Shown here piece by piece: positions 38,457-48,137 of a DNA stretch of 64,000 bases. Each line of letters opens with the position of its first letter. The stretch's first letter is position 1. The stretch comes from Vicinamibacteria bacterium (lineage in GTDB: Bacteria > Acidobacteriota > Vicinamibacteria > Marinacidobacterales > Marinacidobacteraceae): contig OY821641.1 of NCBI GenBank assembly GCA_963555995.3, forward strand, positions 1,664,001-1,728,000, given 5' to 3'. The notes below the pieces were generated by a model that saw nothing but the letters and a program-made list of their open reading frames with translations, did not search any database and had not been told where the DNA came from. The translations under genes were made by a program, and so were the position numbers.

Positions 38457-39603
38457 GTCCCGCAGCTTCGAGCTTCTCCTCCTCGGCGCCCTCGAGAAGC
38501 TCGCGAATCTCCACCCGGCCGAGGTCGAGCAGACTGGCGAGCTGGCCCTCGCTGTACAGATCGCGCGTCCATGCCTCTCTCACGAGCAGGGCGAGACGCT
38601 GAGGCACCCGGCCTCCGGCGGCCGGCTGCATCCATCGTGCGTCGGGTGGACGCCCGATGACCTTTTCGCTCTGAGCGTCCGTGATTCCACCGTTCTCCTG
38701 GAACCAATCCCACGTCCCCCGCCGCACCAGCCGCAAGTCTTCCAGCCGTCGCACGATGGCTTCTCGCGACACCGCGAATGCATGCGCCAGCAGGATGACA
38801 TGGCGCCGCGTCAGGTGGGACTGTCCGGCGGTGATTTCCTCGAACCGCTGGCGCACGGCTCGACCTGGAGTCAGAAACGACCTCGCGAAAGCGGATGCGT
38901 ACCGCGCTTCCCGTGACCGCGAAGCGTCCTGTTCCACGAGTAGTGCGGGTTCCCCCCGGCTCGTGATGAGACGCCCGAGTTCGTGAGCGCCGGTCTGGGC
39001 AATCCGCCCCACTGGATGATTCGCGTTGAGCAGTACGCAAGCGCCTGCGGCCTCGGTGTACGCGAACAGCCCGGAAATCGCCTCCGCCATCCCTCGCACA
39101 TAGACCCGCATCCCGACCTGCAACTCCAGGAACGGCACCATGTCGAGAACCGGCCCCGACCCCAGTCCGAACCAGGACCGCAGCTCCTGGGCATCCTCTT
39201 CCGCCTGCGTCGCCACGTCGCCCGGACGAATCGGCCTCTCGCTCGGATACCGATGCTTGCGCAGGACTCCGAGAATGTTCTCAAGCTCCACCTCCGCACT
39301 GACGAGCCTGTTCAACAACTGTGCGGCGTCCTCCCGGGCTGGTTCGGAACTCTTCGGGAGCTTCCGGAACCGGGGTACGAGATCCAGATGAACGGCCTCG
39401 CGCCGCAGGATTGCGTTTACGGAGACTCCATAGAGACGGGCGAGCTTCTGGATCTCCTCACTGCGCACCCGGCGGTCCCCCTTTTCGATGGCGACGAGGG
39501 TCGTACGGGCAACCTGGATCTGCTCCGCCGCGTCACTCTGCCGAAGCCCCGCCGACTCGCGCACCGTCCGGAGGCGCTGGCCGATCTGCCGATTCGAGAG
39601 CAT
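38437..39603 (-). CDS. XRE HTH + ImmA/IrrE (DUF955) metallopeptidase-like regulator
   Basis: IGQRLRTVRESAGLRQ..AA HTH; ISGLF, LLNANHP; AHELGR in place of HExxH. Confidence 0.88.
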   Translation of the reverse strand: MLSNRQIGQRLRTVRESAGLRQSDAAEQIQVARTTLVAIEKGDRRVRSEEIQKLARLYGVSVNAILRREAVHLDLVPRFRKLPKSSEPAREDAAQLLNRLVSAEVELENILGVLRKHRYPSERPIRPGDVATQAEEDAQELRSWFGLGSGPVLDMVPFLELQVGMRVYVRGMAEAISGLFAYTEAAGACVLLNANHPVGRIAQTGAHELGRLITSRGEPALLVEQDASRSREARYASAFARSFLTPGRAVRQRFEEITAGQSHLTRRHVILLAHAFAVSREAIVRRLEDLRLVRRGTWDWFQENGGITDAQSEKVIGRPPDARWMQPAAGGRVPQRLALLVREAWTRDLYSEGQLASLLDLGRVEIRELLEGAEEEKLEAAGRVALTA

Positions 39604-39733
39604 GTCGCCTCCTGACGCAGTCGCGGTGACGGCGGCAAGCTCCGATGCCGTCCGTCGTTTGTGGCCTATGTCAGCAGGTTGATTCACTTGCCCGACTTTG
39701 TCAACCCAACTCGGGAGATCGCGCCGGCGGCCT

Positions 39734-39910
39734 GGAACGCCGGTCTCCAGACCGGCACGCGGCCCGCAGGGCCGCAGAGCGCGCGGCGCTCGCCCGTCGG
39801 GAAGACGCGTACGGCTCGGAACTCCAGCTCCCGCCGGCCCAACTCGCCGCAGGCCGGCGACGGGATGAACCTTGTCCGTGGAGATGCGCCACCGCCCGCA
39901 ACATCCGGCG
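39734..39910 (+). repeat. REP plus degenerate copy of the 36402-36500 REPIN arm
   Basis: GGAACGCCGGTCTCCAGACCGGCAC followed by GCCGCAGG..GGGATG.ACC...CCACCGCCCG.AACATCCG. Confidence 0.75.
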
Positions 39911-40399
39911 CTTGACATCCTGCGCACCCCGCGAGTCATGAAAACGGCGGAGACGGCTGGAGCACCGGGACTGCATGTTCACGGCAACCGGGCCCTGAGG
40001 GGCTTGCGACAGGCTGCTCGGACTCGGTTTGGTGGCCATCCCCACCGGCCTGCCGGCGGCGGCTCTCATGAAGGGAACTGCAGAAGATCGAAGCGGACGC
40101 TCGATCGAAGAACCTGTCCGGCATCCCTGACGGACTCCCTCCCGGCCGGGGTGGTCACGACGGGAGCCGGGGTGGGAATGACCGGAGCTCGGGGCGGATT
40201 GACCGGAGCTTTGACCATTGCTCGGACGCATAGGTCAAGCGGGACAGGCACTCCCCGGCAGCGGAAATCCCGATTGCGGCGAGCGTCGAGTGGCCGGACT
40301 CCAAATCCGGGGGTCCGGTTCGTGGCCGGGCGCGGAGAGCCACTCGGACCGGATGCGCAGGTTCATGGCCTCCGCGCCCATCATTCGCGCCGAATCAGC

Positions 40400-41356
40400 C
40401 TATACGAACGTCTCTACATACCGCGGGTGATACCGCAGGAGTTCCTTGTAAGTGCTGATCTCGTCCGGCCCGATACCCAGCGCGTGGAGTTGTCCAATCT
40501 GTTTCGCATTCTTCCTAGGTGCGGTTGCCGCGAGGTCGAGGAGGCCACGTTCCTTCTCCGTGTAGTTGAACTGTCCAATGCTGTACAGATCGTTCGCGCT
40601 CGCTGCGAGAAAGGGCATCCGCTCCTCGAGGCGCCCCACCAACCGTTCACACCGATCTCGACTGTCGAATACGCCGCCCAGAGTGATCATTTCGACGCTG
40701 TCCCGATACCGGACCCGAAAGAACATCCGGAACACTCCATCCTTTCGTCCCCTGAATCCTCTCCGAAGAGCCGACGAAAGGACCTTATCCGCCGCCTGCC
40801 AGAACCCGGAGTCCTCCACATCCGCCACTTTAAGGGAAACAGCGAAGTCTCCCAGCGTCGTTCTCAATTCGGCGAGTCGGTACGCCGTCCCTTCCCGTCG
40901 CAAGTGTTTGGGTGGACGCGCGTCCACGGTAACGAACACGAAGTCTCCAGCGGTGGCCTTCCTTCCAAGAGAAACTACGTCATTCGTTATGCGAGGTCCG
41001 ATGCACGCATCGTAGTCGAGCCAATAGATGCTTCCTCCTGTCGTCCGATCCTCCAGAAGGAAGTCCCCGACACTCCGGTTGTTGACGCTTATGAAACCGA
41101 ACGGACGGTTGAACTCCGCCCTGTGGAACATCTGACGGTCATGTTCCAGGCTCACCATCCGCTCGATCCGGAAGTACTTGTGCATGATCCTGAAATCGTA
41201 AAACCGGTTGCCTCCCATCCCGACATATCGGTACGAAGAAAGGTCGAATCCTACCTCCGTCGCCGTCGCCAGGCAATCCACCATCATGCGTCGCTCGCGC
41301 TGCTTCGCGGGCCGAAGATCGTAAGAGATGCCCCTAGCGCTCGAGTCTGACGCCAT
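40400..41356 (-). CDS. Putative SAM-dependent methyltransferase-fold protein (uncharacterised O-methyltransferase-like family)
   Basis: SYDLRPAKQRERRM, YVGMGG (motif I-like), SLEHD (motif II-like), IYWLDYD; abuts the ATPase stop. Confidence 0.65.
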   Translation of the reverse strand: MASDSSARGISYDLRPAKQRERRMMVDCLATATEVGFDLSSYRYVGMGGNRFYDFRIMHKYFRIERMVSLEHDRQMFHRAEFNRPFGFISVNNRSVGDFLLEDRTTGGSIYWLDYDACIGPRITNDVVSLGRKATAGDFVFVTVDARPPKHLRREGTAYRLAELRTTLGDFAVSLKVADVEDSGFWQAADKVLSSALRRGFRGRKDGVFRMFFRVRYRDSVEMITLGGVFDSRDRCERLVGRLEERMPFLAASANDLYSIGQFNYTEKERGLLDLAATAPRKNAKQIGQLHALGIGPDEISTYKELLRYHPRYVETFV

Positions 41357-42691
41357 CTAGTCCTCGCGGACTTCGTTACGAAGAAAGAAACGAAACGTAT
41401 GTCGACCCACCTGAGCCCCGCTCATATCGGGTCGTGACAAGTATCTGGCAATCTTGAGGACTTGGCTCCATTTGGCGTTGTATTGAATCTTGATGTTGTC
41501 ATCCGTCATCGAAACAGGCGGTTTTTGGAATGGCCTAGCTTCTCCAACGGACGCACGGATGGCGTCCACTGGTTTCTCCCCGTCAAGCCCCAGCTCCGCC
41601 AGCGTAAAGTCGGATCCCTTAGTGGGATAGCGGCTGTCCAGAAAAGCGATAACGGACCTACCCACCGTGCCCATGCACAGCTTTGTGGACTGCCAGACGG
41701 CACTATCCTCGTTGATCCTCGACTTCGTCGTATCCCATGGCAAGTGGTCCGGGTATCGGGACACGAAATGAACCATCCCCAGGAAAGGCCGGTGTTTGGG
41801 CTGGAAGATGGGCAGGCCGTTGTTCTGCCATCCGGTCAACGCGGTCTTGTCCGCACTGATGACGGCTCTCCCGTTGCAGAAGACAAACCAACCGGCTCCG
41901 GCATCGCGGTACTGCTTGCCCTCGGGCGTACCCAGACCTGCCAGCACCGTATACGTCACACCCTCTTCGGAACCGCTGTCCCTGGCTGTGTGTTTGCTGA
42001 AGCCCAACTCCGTGGACGTGACTCTCTCGCCATTAACGAAAATTCGAACGAATTTCTTCAGGAAATAGGCATACGTGGCGGCGATACGGGTCTTTAGATT
42101 GGCCTCGAACGCCTCGTCCAGACGGCTGGCCGTTTCGTGATGGAGCTCGGTAATGACGATTCTCGTGCCACACTCGTTGGCGCTGGCCGCTGGTCGCTCG
42201 GAAATCGGAAATTGCCAGCGGGGCTCATTCTTCTTCGACCACTCATCCACATCCAGATCGAGTTCAAAGCCACCCGATTCATGATCCGATTCGACCTTCA
42301 CGCGGCGCCCGGCTTTGAAAAACGCCCGCTTGAGCCCGAGTCCATAGACCGACAGCCGGTCGGTGTCACTGTCTGTATCGGCGGAACGTCCGAATCGGAA
42401 CACATGTTTCGACGCTGCGGTCAGCGAGATGCCAGGGGCCGTGTCCGTGATGGAAATCCGATCACTTGAGAAAACGATCCTGATGTTCGTTTGCGGCTGG
42501 ACCGTGGCGTCATCGAGCACCTTGACATAGTCCTCAGCCGTCTGGAGGCGGTCCGCGAATGGCGCCACGGCAGCGTTGACCGAGTTGTCAATCAGGTCGA
42601 GAAAGGCAGCTTCCAGCGAAATGTCCCGCGTCAGGAGCGAGATGAAGAGCCGTTTTTCCGGGCTCGCGTCGGCGAAGTCCGTAGCAGTCAT
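41357..42691 (-). CDS. GHKL/MORC-type ATPase
   Basis: N-box DLIDNSVNA, G1 DTAPG, G2 YGLGLKRA, G3 GTRIVI; S5-like GWFVFCNGR and LPWDTTK. Confidence 0.85.
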   Translation of the reverse strand: MTATDFADASPEKRLFISLLTRDISLEAAFLDLIDNSVNAAVAPFADRLQTAEDYVKVLDDATVQPQTNIRIVFSSDRISITDTAPGISLTAASKHVFRFGRSADTDSDTDRLSVYGLGLKRAFFKAGRRVKVESDHESGGFELDLDVDEWSKKNEPRWQFPISERPAASANECGTRIVITELHHETASRLDEAFEANLKTRIAATYAYFLKKFVRIFVNGERVTSTELGFSKHTARDSGSEEGVTYTVLAGLGTPEGKQYRDAGAGWFVFCNGRAVISADKTALTGWQNNGLPIFQPKHRPFLGMVHFVSRYPDHLPWDTTKSRINEDSAVWQSTKLCMGTVGRSVIAFLDSRYPTKGSDFTLAELGLDGEKPVDAIRASVGEARPFQKPPVSMTDDNIKIQYNAKWSQVLKIARYLSRPDMSGAQVGRHTFRFFLRNEVRED

Positions 42692-42704
42692 TGGGTAGTT
42701 CCGG

Positions 42705-43622
42705 CTAGTGCATCGCGAAGTGAGGCGGCGCAAGCGCCACCGATTCGTTGGGCGTCGGCACTCGGACAGGACGATCCGGGCGATACCGAAGGGATTCGCT
42801 GGCGAGCGCCTGAAGGCGCGCGGTGGCGAGTTTCGTGTACTTGTCCGAGATGTCGCACCCGATGAAGTCACGCTTCTCGAGGAGCGCGGCGGCAGCGGTC
42901 GTTCCCGATCCCAGGAATGGATCCGCGGCAGTGCCGTCTTCGGGACACAGCGCCACGATCAGCCGTCTTGCGAGCGCGATGGGAAACTGGCACGGGTGGT
43001 CCGTCTTCTCCACGTGATTGGCCTTGACGTTCGGGATGTCCCAGACGGCACCGATGTCCCAGACGTCGCCCGGGTTCTTCCCGAGCGGGTTCCCGCTGAA
43101 CTTGCCCTTGTTCGGGCCCTTGTAGTGTTTCTTGCCCGGATACTTCTGCGGAACGCGTGCGGCATCCAGGTCGAAGAAGTAGTCATCGCCCTTGGTGTAC
43201 CACAGGATCGTTTCGTGCCGGCCGCTGAACCGGCGGCGCAGGTGCGTGCCGTGGGAGAACGTCCAGATGATGCGATTGCGGAGGACGAACGATGCTCCGC
43301 GGTCCATCGCACGCGCCACGGTGTGATCGAGGGGAAGCAGTTGGTTGTCCCGGACATGGTTGCCCAACTGCCAACACAGGCTGCCGCCGGGCCGCAACAC
43401 CTTGCCGATCACCGGGATCAGCGCGTCAATCTTCTCCTCGAAGTCCGAGGCATCGGTGGATTCGTCGTATTCCTTGCCGATGAAGTAGGGTGGAGACGTC
43501 AGCAGGAGACTGATGGATTCGTCGGGAATCGTGCCGAGGAATTCGAGGCAGTCGGCGGTCGCGATGGTCGCGGTCCTTCCGTTGAAGGACGTCGTGGAGA
43601 TGTTCGGTGGGCTGGGAAGCAT
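42705..43622 (-). CDS. Beta-class N4-cytosine DNA methyltransferase (M.BglII-like)
   Basis: TSPPY motif IV before DPFLGSGTT motif I; SGRHETILW, GKNPGDVW, HPCQFP. Confidence 0.92.
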   Translation of the reverse strand: MLPSPPNISTTSFNGRTATIATADCLEFLGTIPDESISLLLTSPPYFIGKEYDESTDASDFEEKIDALIPVIGKVLRPGGSLCWQLGNHVRDNQLLPLDHTVARAMDRGASFVLRNRIIWTFSHGTHLRRRFSGRHETILWYTKGDDYFFDLDAARVPQKYPGKKHYKGPNKGKFSGNPLGKNPGDVWDIGAVWDIPNVKANHVEKTDHPCQFPIALARRLIVALCPEDGTAADPFLGSGTTAAAALLEKRDFIGCDISDKYTKLATARLQALASESLRYRPDRPVRVPTPNESVALAPPHFAMH

Positions 43623-43935
43623 CGTCCGGGGCGGCGGGACGAAGTGTAGGGCATGACTTCGGATGGAGGGGCCATCCGGTGATTCCGGCCGGCCGTCGGC
43701 GTGCTCGCGCTGGTCCGCTGACCGTCGTGATGGCCGTGTGCGGCCTGGGTGGCCGGCCGAAAGCGCCACTCGTCAAGGCAGACACGCGCTGCGGGGTAAC
43801 ACAGCGCGTGGCGTGGCCGATTCCGGTGGCGTGGTCTCGACCGGGAGCAGCGGGCCGGCGCCCGGACGGACCGGGACGTGGGTCCCGCGTTCACGGGGAG
43901 GAGCGCCTTCGGGGCGGGTTTCACGCTGCCGCGCG

Positions 43936-43959
43936 ATGCCAGCCAGAGGCTGGCGCTCC
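43936..43959 (-). repeat. REP (GGCC variant with compensatory changes)
   Basis: ATGCCAGCC-AGA-GGCTGGCGCTCC. Confidence 0.75.
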
Positions 43960-44070
43960 GACGCGGACCTCCCCCCGGAGACCGGCGTTAGCGACCGGAC
44001 CTCCATCCCGTTGGGACGAACCGGAGCGACACCGTGTTGCACGGCCCGGGGATGGCGACCCGACATCGGT

Positions 44071-44090
44071 TGCCATAATCGGTTATGGCA
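44071..44090. promoter_or_regulatory. Operator palindrome upstream of vapBC
   Basis: TGCCATAA-TCGG-TTATGGCA perfect 8-bp inverted repeat overlapping TTGCCA. Confidence 0.6.
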
Positions 44091-44122
44091 TACCTGTTAT
44101 CCTCATGGCTCAGCGGGACGCG

Positions 44123-44344
44123 ATGAAGGAAACGACCACGAAAATCACCGTCCATATCCCGACGGACCTTCTGCAGCAGGCGCGCTCGATTACGGGCGAA
44201 GGCGTGACGAGCACCGTGCGCCGTGGTCTTCGGCAGATCGCCTCCGTCCACGCGCAACAGGAGCTGCGGAAACTGCGCGGGCGGGTGCCGATCTCGCTGG
44301 ATCTTGAGAAGCTGCGCGAAGATCGGGATCCGGACCACCGGTGA
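44123..44344 (+). CDS. VapB-like antitoxin
   Basis: TKITVHIPTDLLQQARSITG...TVRRGL; overlaps the PIN gene (GTGA); start could be 44105. Confidence 0.8.
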   Translation: MKETTTKITVHIPTDLLQQARSITGEGVTSTVRRGLRQIASVHAQQELRKLRGRVPISLDLEKLREDRDPDHR

Positions 44345-44715
44345 TCGCCGCCGATTCGAGTTCCCTGAGCGCGCTGTTTCGGGGTGACGACGGCCCCGAT
44401 GTCGAGCTGCTGGACCAGGCGCTGGCCCAGGGGATGGTCGTGTTACCGCCGGTCGTACTGACGGAGATCCTGAGCTATCCGGTCCTCGAGTCGGAGGTGG
44501 CGGACCTGATCCGCGATCTTTCCCTGCTGGAGACTCATCCGGGCTTCTGGGAGCGTGCCGCCCGGCTGCGCGCGGGCATCCTGATGCGGGGCCTCCGGGC
44601 GCGGCTGGCGGATACCCTGATCTCCCAGAGCTGCCTGGATCACGAAGTGCCGCTGATCACTCGCGACAGGGACTTTCGGCACTTCGCGGAGCATTCCGGC
44701 CTGGTTCTCCTCTAG
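44341..44715 (+). CDS. vapC: VapC PIN-domain toxin
   Basis: IAADSS, VLTEILS, LADTLI, LITRDRDFRHF. Confidence 0.9.
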   Translation: MIAADSSSLSALFRGDDGPDVELLDQALAQGMVVLPPVVLTEILSYPVLESEVADLIRDLSLLETHPGFWERAARLRAGILMRGLRARLADTLISQSCLDHEVPLITRDRDFRHFAEHSGLVLL

Positions 44716-44817
44716 CGGACCCACGATCCCCGGGCGCCGGCGGCGCTCGACGAGGACCGGAGCGACACCGGCGGACCGGAGCGGATGCGCTACGCTAGCC
44801 TGCGGTTCGGGGAACAC

Positions 44818-45108
44818 ATGCCAGAGATCACGCTGCGAGCGAATTTCCACCGTGAACGCGATCAGTGGATCGGATGGTGTCCGGACCTCGATGTGACCAC
44901 CCAGGGCGACACGCGCGGGGAAGCCGAAGAGAACCTGCGGGAAGCCGTCAATCTCTTCCTCGAAACGTGTCAAGCGATGGGAACCTTGGAAGACGTGTTG
45001 CGCGAGGCCGGACTGCTCCCCCCACCCGAGGTGAAGACCTTCCGGATTCCCGTGCCCTGGCTCGTGGATTCGCAGAAGGACACCCGTGCCTCGGCTCCAG
45101 CCCGTTAG
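44818..45108 (+). CDS. hicB: HicB family antitoxin
   Basis: WCPDLDVTTQGDTRGEAEENLREAVNLFLE. Confidence 0.9.
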   Translation: MPEITLRANFHRERDQWIGWCPDLDVTTQGDTRGEAEENLREAVNLFLETCQAMGTLEDVLREAGLLPPPEVKTFRIPVPWLVDSQKDTRASAPAR

Positions 45109-45322
45109 GGTCGAAATCCTGATCAGGGTCTTCGAGGCCGATGGGTGGGCGCGCGCCCGACAGCGGGGTTCGCACTTGAGCATGACCAAACCGGGCCACA
45201 AGCGTCCGGTGGTCATCATCACGAGCAAGAAGGAAGCGGAGACCTGGCTGATCCGAACAAATCTCAGAACAGCCCGGATGAGCCGGGACCGGTACTTCGC
45301 ACTCCTGGAACAAGTTCGCTAG
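45086..45322 (+). CDS. hicA: HicA family toxin
   Basis: GW..ARQRGSHLSMTKPG, the dsRBD-fold GSH motif. Confidence 0.88.
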   Translation: MPRLQPVRVEILIRVFEADGWARARQRGSHLSMTKPGHKRPVVIITSKKEAETWLIRTNLRTARMSRDRYFALLEQVR

Positions 45323-45356
45323 CCCGGACTGCTTTTCGCTGCGCTGCGCGCACCGA

Positions 45357-45380
45357 TGCCGGTGTGAACACCGGCGCTCC
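45357..45380 (-). repeat. REP (GTGT variant), right boundary of the island
   Basis: TGCCGGTGTGAACACCGGCGCTCC. Confidence 0.9.
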
Positions 45381-45405
45381 TGCTGGCGACCTGCTGGCGC
45401 CTTGA

Positions 45406-47973
45406 TCAGCGGCCCGGGAGGCGCCGTTTTCCGGAAGCGTTCGCGCCACCGATGGGCGAGCCCGGCGGCCGCTCCGGCCGGCTGGCGTTCGGGTCGAGGC
45501 TCTCGTCGCGGTCCGCGAAGCGGCGGATGTCGGCCACGGCGAGCGTCTCGTGCGGCGTCGCGTCGCTCATGTCGGCGAGCGTCCGGCCGAGGGCCATCAG
45601 GCGGTCCTCGATGACCGCGCGCACCCGCGCCGGGTTGTCGGGGTTCATGGCCTCCCGCATCATGCCGTTCAGGACGCTGCGCTCCGCCGCGTCCTGCACC
45701 ATGCGGCGGTAGCTGCCGTCCGGCTCCGCGTTGCCCCAGGTCTTCTCGACCAGCCGGTCGAGGACCTCCGCCAGCCCCGGCTGGTCCGGGTCGAGCGCGT
45801 GGTTGTTCACGAGGCGCGCCATCCGCTCCGGGTGCAGCAGGAGTTCCACGGTGTAGTCGGCCGAGGTGTCCGCGGCGGCGAGCGGGTCGAAGACGAGCCC
45901 GGTGTGGCCGTCGAACCCTTCTCCGCCCGTTTCCCGGTAGGCCGGGGGCGGGATCATCTCGATGATCCGCTCCGGCAGCGCCAGGAAGTCCGTCTCCAGC
46001 GTGTGGAGGACCATCTCCAGCGCCTCCCGCTGGCGCTCGCCCGGCACGGGCGCGACGGGCCGCTGCCCGTCCCCCCGCACCGCGTAGTAGTACTCCTGAC
46101 CGCCGACGGTGTTCAGCGCCGCCTTCATCTGGAAGCGGTGGTGCAGGTAGAGCGGCACCAGCACCGGCTCCAGCAGCGACATGGGTTCGCCCGTCCGGAT
46201 CACGTTCTCCCCGAAGGCGTCGAGGCCGGCCTGCCGGATCTCGATCTCGCGTCCGAGGTGCCGGACCAGGTCCTGGCCGTTGTCCCAGACCGAGGCCAGC
46301 GGATGCGCGCCGGCGCCGATGTAGTTGTCGGTGTGGGCCATGAACCGGGTCTCGGACATCAGTCCTTCCTGCATGATGGCGTCGAGCCGCGCCGCGGTCT
46401 CTTCCGGCGGGAAGTGGCCGTAGGCCCAGCGGACCGAGAGGATGTCGTAGGAGCCGATCCCGACCCCGTAGGCGTCGTCGAGCTTCACCACCCCGTCCTC
46501 GAGGACCGCGAGCGGCGCCGGGTAGTCCATGACGCTCGCCCGGCCGCCGTAGGTGGAGGCCATGTAGTTGTGCGGGAACCCGATGGCGTGTCCCACTTCG
46601 TGCGCCGAGAGCTGCGCCACCCGCGCGAGCGCCAGGTCCACCGGGGTGGCCCCCTCGCCCACCTGCGCGAGGTAGGAGAAGCCCGGCGCCGCCGAGAGCC
46701 CGCAGGAGTGCGGCCCGTCGGGGTCCGGCGGCAGGCCGACCGGCAGCGCGCCGGAGGCCGCGTCGAAGGGGGCCACCATGCCCACCCCGAGGAGGTGGTC
46801 CTGCCTGAGCCGCAGGCTGCCCAGGTTCACGTTGCCCTTGATGATCTCGCCGGTCCGGGGGTCCCGGACGCCCCCGCCGTAGGACCAGCCGCGGGTGCGC
46901 CGGTGGGTCCAGTGGATCATGTTGTAGCGGATGTCCTGGGCGTCAGCGCCCTCCGGCAGCCGTTCGACCTGGAACGCGTTGATGAACCCGGCGGCCTCGA
47001 ACGCCTCGTTCCACCAGCGCGCCCCCTCGATCAGCGCCGTCCGCACCGGCTCGGGGACCCCGCGGTCGAGGTAATAGACGATCGGTTCCACGACCTCCGA
47101 ACGCTCCGCGGAGGGGTCCACCTTGTGGAGGCGGTGGCGGGAGGCCAGCCGCACCGTCATCGGCTGGTCAATCGGGGTCGCGTAGTCCATGTAGGTCGGG
47201 CCGCCCACCCCGATGCGGGGATCGGCCACCCGGATCTCGAATCCCGGCCCGGGCAGGCGCACGAACGAGTGGTGGTGCCGGAGCGTCACCGCGTCCCCGC
47301 TGGAGGCAACCCCCGAGACCAGCCGACCCGGGTTGTCGCTCGTGAAGGTCAGCATCGTCTCGACTTCGGTGTTGTCGGGGAAACCCTTGGTGTTCTCCAG
47401 GTAGAAGACGCTGCGGCTCCGGTCGAGCCGGAAGGTCCCCTGCCCGGCCCGCGCGATCCGCGCCGCCGAGCCGTGGGCGTCCCGCAGGAGGAAATCGGTC
47501 ATGTCCACCAGCACCCGCTCGCCGGTCTCGGCCGCGACCTCGAACCCCCAGTGCACGGAAGGGGCGAACGCGTCGCGGACGGCGCGAATCTCGTCGGGGT
47601 TGTCGCTTACGGCGCGGTAGCTGTAGTTCGGCTCCATGAGCAGGATGCGCGGGCCGACGCGGACCGGCATCAGCACCGCGCGGCGGCTGATCTGCCCCCG
47701 GTCGAGGCCGATGGGGTTGCTGCCGAGGCCGGACGCGGCGGAGACCGAGTACATGAACTCTTCCTCCATCTCGGCGAACTCCGCGAAGAGGTGTCCGGTG
47801 CGCTCGTCCCAGTAGAGGGACACGAACCCGGAGATCGCGGTCATGCCGGCGGTCTTTTCCTCGATGGTGGGCGGCGTGTCCTGGGCGAGGGCCGGCGCGG
47901 CCACGAGCGCGGCGGCCAACAGCAGGAGGCCCGACCGGAGCAGGAAGCGGGACCGAAGCATCGTCGTCATCAT
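45406..47973 (-). CDS. Secreted zinc-dependent metalloprotease (EcxA-like metzincin)
   Basis: HEVGHAIGFPHN, Met-turn SVMDY, WNEAFEAAGF, DPRTGEII. Confidence 0.9.
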   Translation of the reverse strand: MMTTMLRSRFLLRSGLLLLAAALVAAPALAQDTPPTIEEKTAGMTAISGFVSLYWDERTGHLFAEFAEMEEEFMYSVSAASGLGSNPIGLDRGQISRRAVLMPVRVGPRILLMEPNYSYRAVSDNPDEIRAVRDAFAPSVHWGFEVAAETGERVLVDMTDFLLRDAHGSAARIARAGQGTFRLDRSRSVFYLENTKGFPDNTEVETMLTFTSDNPGRLVSGVASSGDAVTLRHHHSFVRLPGPGFEIRVADPRIGVGGPTYMDYATPIDQPMTVRLASRHRLHKVDPSAERSEVVEPIVYYLDRGVPEPVRTALIEGARWWNEAFEAAGFINAFQVERLPEGADAQDIRYNMIHWTHRRTRGWSYGGGVRDPRTGEIIKGNVNLGSLRLRQDHLLGVGMVAPFDAASGALPVGLPPDPDGPHSCGLSAAPGFSYLAQVGEGATPVDLALARVAQLSAHEVGHAIGFPHNYMASTYGGRASVMDYPAPLAVLEDGVVKLDDAYGVGIGSYDILSVRWAYGHFPPEETAARLDAIMQEGLMSETRFMAHTDNYIGAGAHPLASVWDNGQDLVRHLGREIEIRQAGLDAFGENVIRTGEPMSLLEPVLVPLYLHHRFQMKAALNTVGGQEYYYAVRGDGQRPVAPVPGERQREALEMVLHTLETDFLALPERIIEMIPPPAYRETGGEGFDGHTGLVFDPLAAADTSADYTVELLLHPERMARLVNNHALDPDQPGLAEVLDRLVEKTWGNAEPDGSYRRMVQDAAERSVLNGMMREAMNPDNPARVRAVIEDRLMALGRTLADMSDATPHETLAVADIRRFADRDESLDPNASRPERPPGSPIGGANASGKRRLPGR

Positions 47974-48137
47974 GGGGCTCAACCTTTGCGGAGAAAGAAA
48001 GCGCGGCCCCGAATCATGCCGGAAACTCCCGGAGCGCGGCAATACGGGCTGTACGGAGAGCCGGCAGGGACCGCCCGGACTACTCCGACGGGGCCGCGGT
48101 CGGGTGGGCGTGGCGGACGACGCTGGCCTCCGGAAAG

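Noticed and set aside
40013-40100. LLGLGLVAIPTGL resembling a potassium-channel S6 helix remnant
   Set aside because: Only about 20 residues with no pore motif or start; too weak to call
40148-40216. Short GACCGGAGCT repeats
   Set aside because: Only two or three degenerate copies, with no clear structure
39872-41350. 492-aa plus-strand ORF
   Set aside because: Antisense to the better-supported 40400-41356 gene; no motifs
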